A stretch of 64,000 bases of DNA, taken from contig CP070794.1 in assembly GCA_020343435.1 (NCBI GenBank), positions 239,558-303,557 of the forward strand, written 5' to 3'. This document shows, piece by piece, positions 44,317 to 53,225 of the stretch (the first letter of the stretch is position 1; every line of letters starts with the position of its first letter). The DNA comes from an archaeon. GTDB taxonomy: Archaea > Nanobdellota > Nanobdellia > Pacearchaeales > UBA284. A program made the position numbers and the translations under genes. The notes under the pieces are model-generated. The model searched no databases. It saw only the letters and a program-made list of their open reading frames with translations, and was not told the origin of the DNA.

Positions 44317-45365
44317 TAAGTGAAAAACAATTAGAAAAAATCAAAGAATTCTTAGATAATGCTGCTAATCCTGTATTCTTTTTTGATAATGATGTAGATG
44401 GTTTAGCTTCTTTCCTATTACTTAGAAGATATTGTGGAAAAGGTAAAGGAATTGCAATTAAAAGCTATCCAGAATTAAATGAGATGTATGCTAGAAAATT
44501 ACATGAGTTCCAACCAGATGTTGTTTTTGTATTAGATAAACCATTAATTGCTAGAGAATTTGTAGAAGAAGCTGAAAAATTAAACTGTCCTATTATTTGG
44601 ATTGATCATCATCCACCTGAACAAGTAGAAGGTTTAGAAGATAAGTTTGATAAATCTGTGTTTTATTTTAATCCCCTTTATTATGGAGAGAGTAATGAAC
44701 CAACTGTTTACATATGTTACAAATCTATAAAAAATAAACAAGATGAGTGGATTGCATTATTAGGATGTTTAGCTGATTGGTATATTCCTGAGTTTGCAAA
44801 AGAATTTTCTGCTAAAAATAAAGAATTCTTTCCTTATGCAGATGGTCCTGCAAGAGGTTTGTTTAATACCCCATTAGGAAAAATAGTAAAGATTTTAAGT
44901 TTTGCATTAAAAGATAGAACTACAAATATTGTTAAGATGTTAAGAGTTTTAATTGATCTTAAGAGTTACAGTGAATTCTCTGAAGAAAATAAAAGGATGA
45001 GGAATATTTATAGAAGATTTAAACAAATTAATAAAAGATATGAAAAACTGATTGATAGAGCTAAAAAAGTTTCTAAATTCGGAAGATTATTTTTCTTTAC
45101 ATATGGTGGTCCTTTATCTATGTCTTCTGAGATAGCTAATGAATTATTCTATATGAATCAGGATAAGGTTGTTGTTGCAGCTTATATTAAAGGGATAAAA
45201 GCAAATGTTTCTATTAGGGGAATAATTAATGTTAAAGAATTAGTTCAAAAAGCGTTAAAAGGATTAGATTCTACTTCTGGTGGGCATAAGAATTCTTGTG
45301 GAGCAACATTAAATGTTACTGATTTGCCAAAGTTTAAGAGAAGATTATTGAGATTGTTAAAATAG
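44313..45365 (+). CDS. DHH/DHHA1-family phosphoesterase (RecJ/NrnA-like)
   Basis: DNDVDGLAS, IDHHPP and SGGHKNSCG motifs. ATGA overlap with ackA. Confidence 0.8.
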   Translation: MISEKQLEKIKEFLDNAANPVFFFDNDVDGLASFLLLRRYCGKGKGIAIKSYPELNEMYARKLHEFQPDVVFVLDKPLIAREFVEEAEKLNCPIIWIDHHPPEQVEGLEDKFDKSVFYFNPLYYGESNEPTVYICYKSIKNKQDEWIALLGCLADWYIPEFAKEFSAKNKEFFPYADGPARGLFNTPLGKIVKILSFALKDRTTNIVKMLRVLIDLKSYSEFSEENKRMRNIYRRFKQINKRYEKLIDRAKKVSKFGRLFFFTYGGPLSMSSEIANELFYMNQDKVVVAAYIKGIKANVSIRGIINVKELVQKALKGLDSTSGGHKNSCGATLNVTDLPKFKRRLLRLLK

Positions 45366-45370
45366 AAAGA

Positions 45371-45400
45371 TTTATAAATAGTAATTACATATGTAATTAC
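45371..45400 (+). promoter_or_regulatory. TATA box followed by a perfect 20-bp palindromic operator
   Basis: TTTATAAA is at 45371-45378. GTAATTACATATGTAATTAC at 45381-45400 is its own reverse complement and ends at the ATG (45401). Confidence 0.55.
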
Positions 45401-45874
45401 ATGGCTAAGGAAAAGAAAGTTGTATTTAATAACGAACTAATTAAACAAGGGAACTCATACTGTGTGAGGGTTCCTAAAAGTTCTATAGATCACTTAAAAT
45501 TAGATTTAGGAGATACTGTCCAGATATCGTTATCAAAACCAAAGATGAGTAAACTCCCAAAATCTCTTTTAGATATTTATAGAAAAACTGTTAGGGTTTT
45601 GAAAGACTTTAGTGATAAGGATTTGAGAAACTGTTTTTTTAATTTTGATATAGAAGCAAGTTCTACTAAGGGGTTAAAAAAAGCAGAAAGAAATAGAGTT
45701 GTACAAGCATTTGAGAAAACTGTTGAATTGAAAAATGGAAAGGAATTTCTTAAGAAATATAGAACCTTTAAGAGAAATGTTAATAAAGGCAACAGTTTCA
45801 AGATAATCAATGCTATCAAAAAATCCAAGAAATTTCAAGAATTGGGAAAAGCTATTGAAGAACAGTTAAAATGA
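45401..45874 (+). CDS. AbrB/SpoVT-domain DNA-binding protein
   Basis: N-terminus LIKQGNSYCVRVPKSSIDHLKLDLGDTVQISL is a swapped-hairpin AbrB-like pattern. ATGA overlap with dys. Confidence 0.65.
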   Translation: MAKEKKVVFNNELIKQGNSYCVRVPKSSIDHLKLDLGDTVQISLSKPKMSKLPKSLLDIYRKTVRVLKDFSDKDLRNCFFNFDIEASSTKGLKKAERNRVVQAFEKTVELKNGKEFLKKYRTFKRNVNKGNSFKIINAIKKSKKFQELGKAIEEQLK

Positions 45875-46770
45875 ACCCTATAAAACCTATTAAAATTGAA
45901 AAAGATATGAAAGTCTCTGATCTAGTTTCTAATCTTAAGAATTGTGGATTTAATGCTAAGAGATTAGGAGAAGCTACAGATATTTTGAAAAAAGTTATTC
46001 AAGATGAGGAATGTAAGTTATTTGTTAGTTTTGCTGGTGCTTTAGTTCCTGCTGGAATGAAACAGATTTTTATTGATATGATTGATAAAAAAATGATTGA
46101 TGTTCTTGTAACTACTGGAGCAAATTTAACTCATGATTTAATTGAAGCTCTTGGATTTGAACATTATCATTACGATGGAAAAGAAGATGATTCTGAATTA
46201 AGAAAAAAAGGTTTTGATAGAATCTATAATGTTTTAATGAAAAATGAAGTTTATGAAAAACTTGAGAAATGGTTTGAAGAACATTTTGATGAATTAAATT
46301 CTCAGAGTAATACTGAGTTTTTATTGAAGATTGGAAAGTTAGTTGAGAATACTAATTCTATTTTAGCTACTTGTTATAAAAATAATATTCCTTTGTTTTG
46401 TCCTGCTTTATCTGATTCTGGAATTGGATTAATGATATGGAGTATGATGACTAGAAAGAAGAAACCTTTAATGCAAGAGTATAATGATCTTCCTAAGATA
46501 ATTGATATTGCTTGGAAACACAAGAAAAAAGCTGTTTTTTATATTGGTGGGGGAACTCCTAAGAATTATACCCAACAAGCTATGCAGTTTTCTAGTCCTG
46601 CTCAGTTTGGAGTTCAAATTAAGATTGATGATGAATCTTTTGGTGGTTCAAGTGGTGCTCCATTAAAAGAAGGGATATCTTGGGGTAAGATTGATGAAAA
46701 AGCACAATTTATTGATGTTACATGTGATGCTACAATTGCATTGCCTTTAATTTATTCTGGATTGTTATAA
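45871..46770 (+). CDS. dys: Deoxyhypusine synthase
   Basis: FVSFAGALVPAGM, VLVTTGANLTHD, IGGGTPKNY and EGISWGKI motifs. Confidence 0.9.
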   Translation: MNPIKPIKIEKDMKVSDLVSNLKNCGFNAKRLGEATDILKKVIQDEECKLFVSFAGALVPAGMKQIFIDMIDKKMIDVLVTTGANLTHDLIEALGFEHYHYDGKEDDSELRKKGFDRIYNVLMKNEVYEKLEKWFEEHFDELNSQSNTEFLLKIGKLVENTNSILATCYKNNIPLFCPALSDSGIGLMIWSMMTRKKKPLMQEYNDLPKIIDIAWKHKKKAVFYIGGGTPKNYTQQAMQFSSPAQFGVQIKIDDESFGGSSGAPLKEGISWGKIDEKAQFIDVTCDATIALPLIYSGLL

Positions 46771-46814
46771 TTCTCTAACTAAAAGTTTAAAAGGGGATAG
46801 ATATCTGTATCAAG

Positions 46815-47405
46815 ATGGGAGACCCAATTGGAGAAGTAGAGATTCCTGATGACTCTAGAGTTCGTAACATAATGGATGTTTATCCTAGAACAAAAGTTCT
46901 TGACACAAAAATTTATGGTATAGATGGATACAGGAGCGGCGATAGTCACATATTATTACTAGCACAACAAGCATTTCCAAGACAAGGGAATTATACTTCT
47001 AATGTTTATGCATTGGTCCCAAAAGATGGGAGGGATATTGTAGTTAGTGCTGATGTTTTTTGTGGAGATAATTTTGTAAGATCTGTTGAAAGTTCTACAA
47101 AGATAGGGCCTTTTGATTTTAATAGATTTCAGTCTGCAGTATATGATGTTCGAAGAGGGACAGGAAGAGTGGTTAGACTGGAGTGTAATGACTCTGATGC
47201 TGGGATTAATAATAGAACAAGAGATCTAAAAACATGTAGAGCAGGTGCTGTTCCAATTGAAACACTTTTAAGGGGATGTGAAGTTAGAGTTGTTAAAAAG
47301 AGAAAATTTAAGGATAGGCGAACATTATTAGATAGAATTGGTGATGGGCTTGCCAGTTCAATTTTTAAAGCGGTTGAATTATATGATCCAGGTAATGTTT
47401 CTTAA
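46815..47405 (+). CDS. Hypothetical protein (ORFan class)
   Basis: 196-codon ORF. TTTAAAAG at 46786 lies 29 nt upstream of the ATG. No family recognised. Confidence 0.5.
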   Translation: MGDPIGEVEIPDDSRVRNIMDVYPRTKVLDTKIYGIDGYRSGDSHILLLAQQAFPRQGNYTSNVYALVPKDGRDIVVSADVFCGDNFVRSVESSTKIGPFDFNRFQSAVYDVRRGTGRVVRLECNDSDAGINNRTRDLKTCRAGAVPIETLLRGCEVRVVKKRKFKDRRTLLDRIGDGLASSIFKAVELYDPGNVS

Positions 47406-47414
47406 AAGGTTAGT

Positions 47415-47462
47415 TTTATAAATTGAATTCTTATTATTGTTTTTGAGGTGGTCAGACCTCAG
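47415..47462 (+). promoter_or_regulatory. TATA box plus conserved 18-nt 5' module GAGGTGGTCAGACCTCAG (copy 2 of 2)
   Basis: TTTATAAA is at 47415-47422 and the motif at 47445-47462, 30 nt after the TATA start. It differs from 2708-2725 at one position (A/G in the loop). Confidence 0.5.
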
Positions 47463-48716
47463 CTGATTCTGGGGATGAAAATGTTAGAACCAATATTAGA
47501 TGGATCAAAAACAATAGAACATCAAGGAAGATTTAGAATTCAATTAGATATCTCTTCTAGCTCAACACTTAAAGAGGGAGATATAGAAAAAATATTAAGA
47601 GCCAGTTCCTGGGAAGTTAATCCAGAAAGTATTGCTATTGGTTCTCCAGGTGGGAGAGCAATTTCAACACCTAGAGAAGAAAGTTTGGAAGATGGAGGAA
47701 TCGTGCTAGACCTACTTAACATTAGCGGTATTGGTTATAATCCTCTACTTGTTGTATCTTATAATCCAGAATTTGGTTTTAAAAGCGAATTAATGTATGA
47801 AGAAGGTTTTCAGCCACCTTCAAATAGAAATTTTATAGATTTTACTCCAGAGACCTATAGAACCAGTTATGCAGACAATGGGTTAAAGCATCGTAGAGGT
47901 AAATTTTGTCCCCTTGGATCTTATACAAATAGACAAGTTAGAAAAAAAGTAGAAAACACAAGTTTAGTTAACAGTCTTGGTTTGAAATCTCTTCTTGTTC
48001 CAAAAATAGAAGCTTATGGAAGATATTTGGATGAAAACTTAAGAGATGAAGATGGACAATTTGGTTTTGTTGTTTATTCTGTCCCTAGTGATAAAAGAGT
48101 TGCTGGTTCTGAATTAGAGGAAGAATTTGCTGAAATGATGGGCCTTACAGAATCTGGGGACCCTACCAAAGTTATAGCTACTCTTTTGCGTAAATATACT
48201 AAGAATTTAATGGGGGGTTTAAAAGAATTACATGATAAAGGTTATTGTCATTTACAAGGACATATGGGTCAGTTTTATGATTTTCCTGAAAGACCATATT
48301 TAGTAGATTGGGAAACAATGATCCCCCTAGGTAGAACTGTCCAGGATCGTTTATTAAATAGGGAGATAGATATTTCAAAACCATTATCCAGTGTATGGAG
48401 GATGATGGGGAAATCTCAAACCTCTGGAGAAGAGGCAATGGAATTTGTAAATCAAGTAAAACCTTACTTATTGGGAGATTATCTTGGTATTTCTCCAGAT
48501 CAGATTTCAAAAGATAGGAGAGCAGCTATGATTAGATTAAGTAAGGGTCGTCGTGGAGTAATGGTAATGGAGGATGATGTTAGTGGGTTGGTTTTACAAA
48601 AACATGGTATAGAAAGATCCCCTCTTAAAAAAAATCAAGCAAAGATTGGAAGAAATGATCCATGTCCTTGCGGATCTGGTATAAAATTTAAGAAGTGTTG
48701 TGGAGGACACAAATAA
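47448..48716 (+). CDS. Protein with a C-terminal SEC-C metal-binding motif and a possible degenerate kinase-like core (ORFan class)
   Basis: C-terminus [20 protein letters not shown] is the SEC-C motif. [10 protein letters not shown]...YLVDWETM loosely resembles APH/choline-kinase H-x-D-x-x-x-x-N and DxE motifs with D and N replaced. The start is GTG 47448 or ATG 47475/47481. Confidence 0.55.
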   Translation: MVRPQLILGMKMLEPILDGSKTIEHQGRFRIQLDISSSSTLKEGDIEKILRASSWEVNPESIAIGSPGGRAISTPREESLEDGGIVLDLLNISGIGYNPLLVVSYNPEFGFKSELMYEEGFQPPSNRNFIDFTPETYRTSYADNGLKHRRGKFCPLGSYTNRQVRKKVENTSLVNSLGLKSLLVPKIEAYGRYLDENLRDEDGQFGFVVYSVPSDKRVAGSELEEEFAEMMGLTESGDPTKVIATLLRKYTKNLMGGLKELHDKGYCHLQGHMGQFYDFPERPYLVDWETMIPLGRTVQDRLLNREIDISKPLSSVWRMMGKSQTSGEEAMEFVNQVKPYLLGDYLGISPDQISKDRRAAMIRLSKGRRGVMVMEDDVSGLVLQKHGIERSPLKKNQAKIGRNDPCPCGSGIKFKKCCGGHK

Positions 48717-48743
48717 TTTAAACCGTAATTCTTATTTGTAAAG

Positions 48744-50552
48744 ATGAAAAAACTGGTGATAATCTTTTTACTGATTTTATTAACATTAACTCTAGTTCAA
48801 GCTCAAGAAATAAAAGAGTATTCAAAGATCAATGTTGAAATCTCAAACACAGTAGAAGCAACAGATAAGCTGGATGTTAACTTACTAATCTTTCCAAGAC
48901 AAACAGATAATCAGTTTGCAACTATACATACGATTCCTACAGCAAGAGTTAATGATAAGATTTCTTTTAGTTTAGATGGTGGGGGATCTTTCTTAGTTCT
49001 AGCAGATGTAGAGATTGAACCAAATATTCCAAGAATAACTTATTTAGAACCTTTAACAAACAATGGATATACTCAAGAAACAGAACATATTGATTCTGAA
49101 AATAAATACATTAAAAACAAAGCTCAACAATTACAAGATAAAGCTGAAAATAATTTAGAATTATTATATTATTTAGCAGAATATGTTAAAAATAATTTAA
49201 GATATAGATTAGAGTACTCTCAACCTCAAAAAGCATCCTGGATTCTAGAACATAAAATTGGGGTATGTAGTCATTACACAACATTATTTATTGCATTAGC
49301 AAGATCATTAGGATTTTCTGCAAGATATGTTTCAGGATTAGCTTATTCAAATGAACATAATAGTTTTGAAGAACATGCTTGGGCTGAGGTATGGATTAAT
49401 AATAAATGGATTCCTTATGATACTACTTTTGGACAGTATGGATGGTTAGATTCAAGACATGTTATATTAAAGTATAGTAAAGATTCTGCTGAATCTTCTG
49501 CTGAGTATAGTTATACTGGATTTATAGATGCTGAAAAAATAGAAATTAGAGCTGAGATCTTAGATGAGGGTTCTAATAAGTATTTGCCTTTTGAATTAAA
49601 AGCAAAATTACATGAAAACCAAGTAAAACAAGGTTCTTATGTTCCTTTAGAAGTTGAAATAGAAAATAAAAATGACTTTTATTTTAATTTGCCTGTTTAT
49701 TTGACAACAGCTCCAGGGGTTTATGGAGATAATACTAAGATAGCATTTTTAGAACCTAATTCTAAAACTAAAGTATTTTTTATTATAGAAGTTCCTGAAT
49801 TAGATAGATGCAGAAACGGTTGTTCAGGAGCTGTTAAAGTTAAAGATATATTTGATAATGCAGATGAAACAACTATTAGTTTTTCAAATTATTATTCTGA
49901 GATTACTTTAGAACAAGCACAAGATTTAATAGAATCTCAAAATGGTCAAACTAAATTTGATTTTATATGTAGTTCTGACAGAGAATTCTATTATTCTGGA
50001 GAAAACATGCAGATTAGTTGCATAGTTTTTTCAGATCAACTTGAGGATTTTGAAGTTTGTTTAGATACTTGTTATGAGTTTAGCAATAAAGATTTTGTTA
50101 ATGTTGAATTTACAACTGAAGCTGAAGCTGTTTTATGTCCCAAAATAAAACAAGATGGAGAAGTAAAAGCAACTGCTTGTATTAATTCTGATGTTGTGGA
50201 TAGACCTGAAGTAAGAATTGAGAGCATTGTTTCTGAACCTGTAGAATATGGAGAAGATCTGAATATTAAAATTAGATTCTCAAGTAATGTGGATACTTAT
50301 GGAGACATTTATATTTCAGAAGATCAAAAAAGTATAGCAAGTTATGATACTGATATAGCTAGAGGAATTAATGAGGTTATAATTGAAACAACATCCTTGA
50401 GATACAAACCTGGATTAAATGAATTGGAGGTAGGTATTTTCTTCTTTTATGATGAAGAAACCTTATCAACATCTCAAGAATTTATATTAAATATTCAGGA
50501 TGTTAATTTCTTTCAAAAGTTCTTATTGTTCTTCAGGAAGTTGTTTATCTGA
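48744..50552 (+). CDS. Secreted transglutaminase-like (Cys-His-Asp core) protein with a long C-terminal beta-rich region
   Basis: Signal MKKLVIIFLLILLTLTLVQA-QE. Core GVCSHYTTLFIALARSLGFSARYV...HAWAEVW..WIPYDTT. Confidence 0.8.
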   Translation: MKKLVIIFLLILLTLTLVQAQEIKEYSKINVEISNTVEATDKLDVNLLIFPRQTDNQFATIHTIPTARVNDKISFSLDGGGSFLVLADVEIEPNIPRITYLEPLTNNGYTQETEHIDSENKYIKNKAQQLQDKAENNLELLYYLAEYVKNNLRYRLEYSQPQKASWILEHKIGVCSHYTTLFIALARSLGFSARYVSGLAYSNEHNSFEEHAWAEVWINNKWIPYDTTFGQYGWLDSRHVILKYSKDSAESSAEYSYTGFIDAEKIEIRAEILDEGSNKYLPFELKAKLHENQVKQGSYVPLEVEIENKNDFYFNLPVYLTTAPGVYGDNTKIAFLEPNSKTKVFFIIEVPELDRCRNGCSGAVKVKDIFDNADETTISFSNYYSEITLEQAQDLIESQNGQTKFDFICSSDREFYYSGENMQISCIVFSDQLEDFEVCLDTCYEFSNKDFVNVEFTTEAEAVLCPKIKQDGEVKATACINSDVVDRPEVRIESIVSEPVEYGEDLNIKIRFSSNVDTYGDIYISEDQKSIASYDTDIARGINEVIIETTSLRYKPGLNELEVGIFFFYDEETLSTSQEFILNIQDVNFFQKFLLFFRKLFI

Positions 50553-50861
50553 TTTTTGATAATAACATCGTATAGTTCCCACCTGCATATATCCATTTTC
50601 AACTCGCATAGCTAAAGGCCACACTCCCTTTCTTGGTTTGAGTATATGTACTGCTTTTGCAGATCTTCTTTTAGGCCAAAAACAAGGGGGCATTCCTCTT
50701 GGTCTTTGATCTGGTAACCTTACATCTCCCATTACTCTTAAAACATCTTCAAGAAAATGATAACCATGATATACCCCTCCAACTGTAGTTAATTGTGGGA
50801 TTTGAGGGGTGAAATAAATTGTGGTTTCTGGTGAGATAAATCCATGATTTAAAACAATCAT
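50523..50861 (-). CDS. Hypothetical protein (ORFan class), 30-nt convergent overlap with the transglutaminase gene
   Basis: CTTATAAA on the - strand starts at 50890, 29 nt from ATG 50861 (leaderless spacing). The track TTG 50876 is less likely. Confidence 0.45.
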   Translation of the reverse strand: MIVLNHGFISPETTIYFTPQIPQLTTVGGVYHGYHFLEDVLRVMGDVRLPDQRPRGMPPCFWPKRRSAKAVHILKPRKGVWPLAMRVENGYMQVGTIRCYYQKSDKQLPEEQ

Positions 50862-50942
50862 ATCACCAAACACCAAAAAGAATTTATAAGATTTTATGAG
50901 ATAGAAAGAAACATTTAAAACACTATCCTATTTAGATTAAAA

Positions 50943-51353
50943 ATGGGAGATTATGAAAAGTTATTAGATACTGCATATAAGAATGTGAAGAAAGTAGATT
51001 CTGTAGAACGTTTTGAAATTCCTAAAGCTAAATCTATGATTGAGGGAAGTAAAACAATTATTACTAATTTCTCTCAGATATTTTCAACATTAAGAAGAGA
51101 TCCCCTACATCTTGCCAAATACTTATCAAGAGAGTTAGCTACTCCTGTTAATATAGAAAAAGATAGAGCTATTTTAAATAGAAAACTAAGTCCTGCAACT
51201 ATTGATGGAAAAATAGCAGAGTATGTAAAAGAGTTTGTTATTTGTCCTGAATGTAAGAAACCAGATACAGAATTGCTAAAAGACAAAGGATTCTTGTTTA
51301 TTCATTGTTTAGCTTGTGGAGCTAAACATTCTGTTAGAGTTAAGATTCATTGA
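50943..51353 (+). CDS. eif2b: Translation initiation factor aIF2 beta subunit
   Basis: RFEIPKAKSMIEGSKTIITNF...LAKYLSRELAT and Zn ribbon CPECKKPDT..CLACGA. Confidence 0.9.
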   Translation: MGDYEKLLDTAYKNVKKVDSVERFEIPKAKSMIEGSKTIITNFSQIFSTLRRDPLHLAKYLSRELATPVNIEKDRAILNRKLSPATIDGKIAEYVKEFVICPECKKPDTELLKDKGFLFIHCLACGAKHSVRVKIH

Positions 51354-51763
51354 ACTGGTAAACTTATGATATGGTGATAGGAATATTCTCCTTCTGCAGT
51401 TTTGACTATTTGTAGAGCTTCACCACCCCACCTAAACACATATCTTTTAAGATCATATGCTAAAGGATTTCCATCCTCTTCAGAACCAAAATCGTGACTC
51501 TTTAATTTTTCTTTTAGTGCCTCTACAGAAGCTCTAAAAGCAACAGAACTTTCTACTCTTCCTAGAACTACATCTTCCACATCTTCCCCTTGTTCAGATA
51601 AATCTCTCAGGTTTGCCTCTGTTGACCTAGAAAGTGTTTCTAAAGATAGTGCAAGAATTTTTGAACGATCTTCTACCAAATTATCTAAGCCTTCTATAGA
51701 ACGGATTTGATAATGAGGGGTTGGAGCGAAAAGGATACTATACCCCCTATCTTTGTTAGCCAT
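51347..51763 (-). CDS. Hypothetical protein (ORFan class)
   Basis: 138-codon acidic ORF with a 7-nt convergent overlap with eif2b. No family recognised. Confidence 0.45.
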   Translation of the reverse strand: MANKDRGYSILFAPTPHYQIRSIEGLDNLVEDRSKILALSLETLSRSTEANLRDLSEQGEDVEDVVLGRVESSVAFRASVEALKEKLKSHDFGSEEDGNPLAYDLKRYVFRWGGEALQIVKTAEGEYSYHHIISLPVQ

Positions 51764-51816
51764 GACCCTAAGCGTAAAACAAACTTTATAAATAAAGTTG
51801 TGGTCTAGAATATAAA

Positions 51817-52326
51817 ATGGAAGATGAATATTTAGATGTTGTAGATGAAAAGGATCAAGTAATTGGAAAAGAATTAAGAAGCACTCTTGTTGCTAGTGGA
51901 AAAGGCAACTATCGTGTTGTGAATATTTTTATTTTAAATTCAAATGGAAAAGTTTTACTGCCAAAAAGAGATTCTACTAAAAGTGCATTTCCAAATTGTT
52001 ATGATTTTTCTTGTGGAGAGCATGTTCAAGTTGGAGAAAGTTATGAAGATGCTGCAAAAAGAGGATTAAAAGAAGAATTAAATTTAGAGGGGATTGAAAT
52101 TAAAGAAATTGGTTACTTTAATCCAAAAGATGGAGTTTCAAGTTTTATGAAAGTATTTAGAGTAGTTTATGATCAAGAGATTAATGCAAATAAAAAAGAG
52201 GGAGTAGAGTCTCTACAATTCTTGCCAGTAGAAGAAATTAGAAAAATGAGTGAGGAAAACCCAAAACTATTCAAAGATGATATTCCTACTGTAATTGATC
52301 TCTTAAAAGATAAGTTAAAATGGTAG
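51817..52326 (+). CDS. NUDIX hydrolase
   Basis: Nudix box GEHVQVGESYEDAAKRGLKEELNL. Confidence 0.8.
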   Translation: MEDEYLDVVDEKDQVIGKELRSTLVASGKGNYRVVNIFILNSNGKVLLPKRDSTKSAFPNCYDFSCGEHVQVGESYEDAAKRGLKEELNLEGIEIKEIGYFNPKDGVSSFMKVFRVVYDQEINANKKEGVESLQFLPVEEIRKMSEENPKLFKDDIPTVIDLLKDKLKW

Positions 52327-52619
52327 TGATAAAAGTCCATGATACATATAGAAAAGTTGTAGCTATCTGTGATTCTGAGTTAGTAGGAAAAAAGTTTGAG
52401 CAAGATAATCTAGAATTAGATATTAATGATAAGTTTTATGGTGGAAAAGAGTATTCTGATGAAAAAGCTTTAGAAATGATAAAATGGGCTATAACTGAAG
52501 ATGCTTGTTTTAATTTTGTGGGAAAGAATTCTGTTGAATTAGGAGTAAAAGCTGGGATTATAGACAGGGACAGTATACTAACTGTCCAGGGGATTTCCCA
52601 CGCTCTCTCCTTGATGTAA
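52320..52619 (+). CDS. DUF424-family archaeal protein
   Basis: KVHDTYRKVVAICDSELVGKKFE..FYGGKEYSDEKALEMIK..NFVGKNSVELGVKAGII matches my memory of the DUF424 pattern. Confidence 0.7.
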   Translation: MVVIKVHDTYRKVVAICDSELVGKKFEQDNLELDINDKFYGGKEYSDEKALEMIKWAITEDACFNFVGKNSVELGVKAGIIDRDSILTVQGISHALSLM

Positions 52620-53180
52620 TTGGAATAGTTGTAAAAAATCATTTGGGATTAGTGCAAGTATTTGTGAGAAATCCAAACCATGAACTAGATGACTCCTCTC
52701 TTCTCCTGGAACTTTATAAGCTGTATGAATTAATGTTGCAACATCTTCTGGCTTTACTCTTCCTTGGATGAGAGAGGTGAGAGCTTGGGAGTGGTCATAA
52801 GCATTTCTTATTTGTTGGGGGGTTGGTGTTTTTGATGTTTTGATATCTAATAAAACCCCTAAATCTTCTGGTTTAATTCCTGAAAAGAAATCTAAAGACA
52901 TCTCATACGTATCCAGATCTATTATAGGATCATATGCTCTAAATTTTACGTCTTGGTCTAAGGATTCAATATCTTTTGGGAAAAATTTAACTGATCTCTT
53001 ACTACCTGAAGGAAATGTTTCTCTGTACCTTGTGCCCTTTAATGGCCCATCAAGGATATATTTTCTTAAAACAAAAAGGGTGGTTCTTACTATGTCATTT
53101 TCTAAACTAGAACTCGGAAGATACTTTCTCCTTAAAACCACCTTCCCCACAAATTGGCTAGGTGCTCTATCTAGATCCAT
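52578..53180 (-). CDS. Hypothetical protein (ORFan class), 42-nt convergent overlap with the DUF424 gene
   Basis: 200-codon ORF, longer than its antisense shadow 52840-53190. No family recognised. Confidence 0.45.
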   Translation of the reverse strand: MDLDRAPSQFVGKVVLRRKYLPSSSLENDIVRTTLFVLRKYILDGPLKGTRYRETFPSGSKRSVKFFPKDIESLDQDVKFRAYDPIIDLDTYEMSLDFFSGIKPEDLGVLLDIKTSKTPTPQQIRNAYDHSQALTSLIQGRVKPEDVATLIHTAYKVPGEERSHLVHGLDFSQILALIPNDFLQLFQLHQGESVGNPLDS

Positions 53181-53225
53181 TTTTTATTGAGTAAGCTTTT
53201 TATACCCTTTTCTCATAACTAAAAG

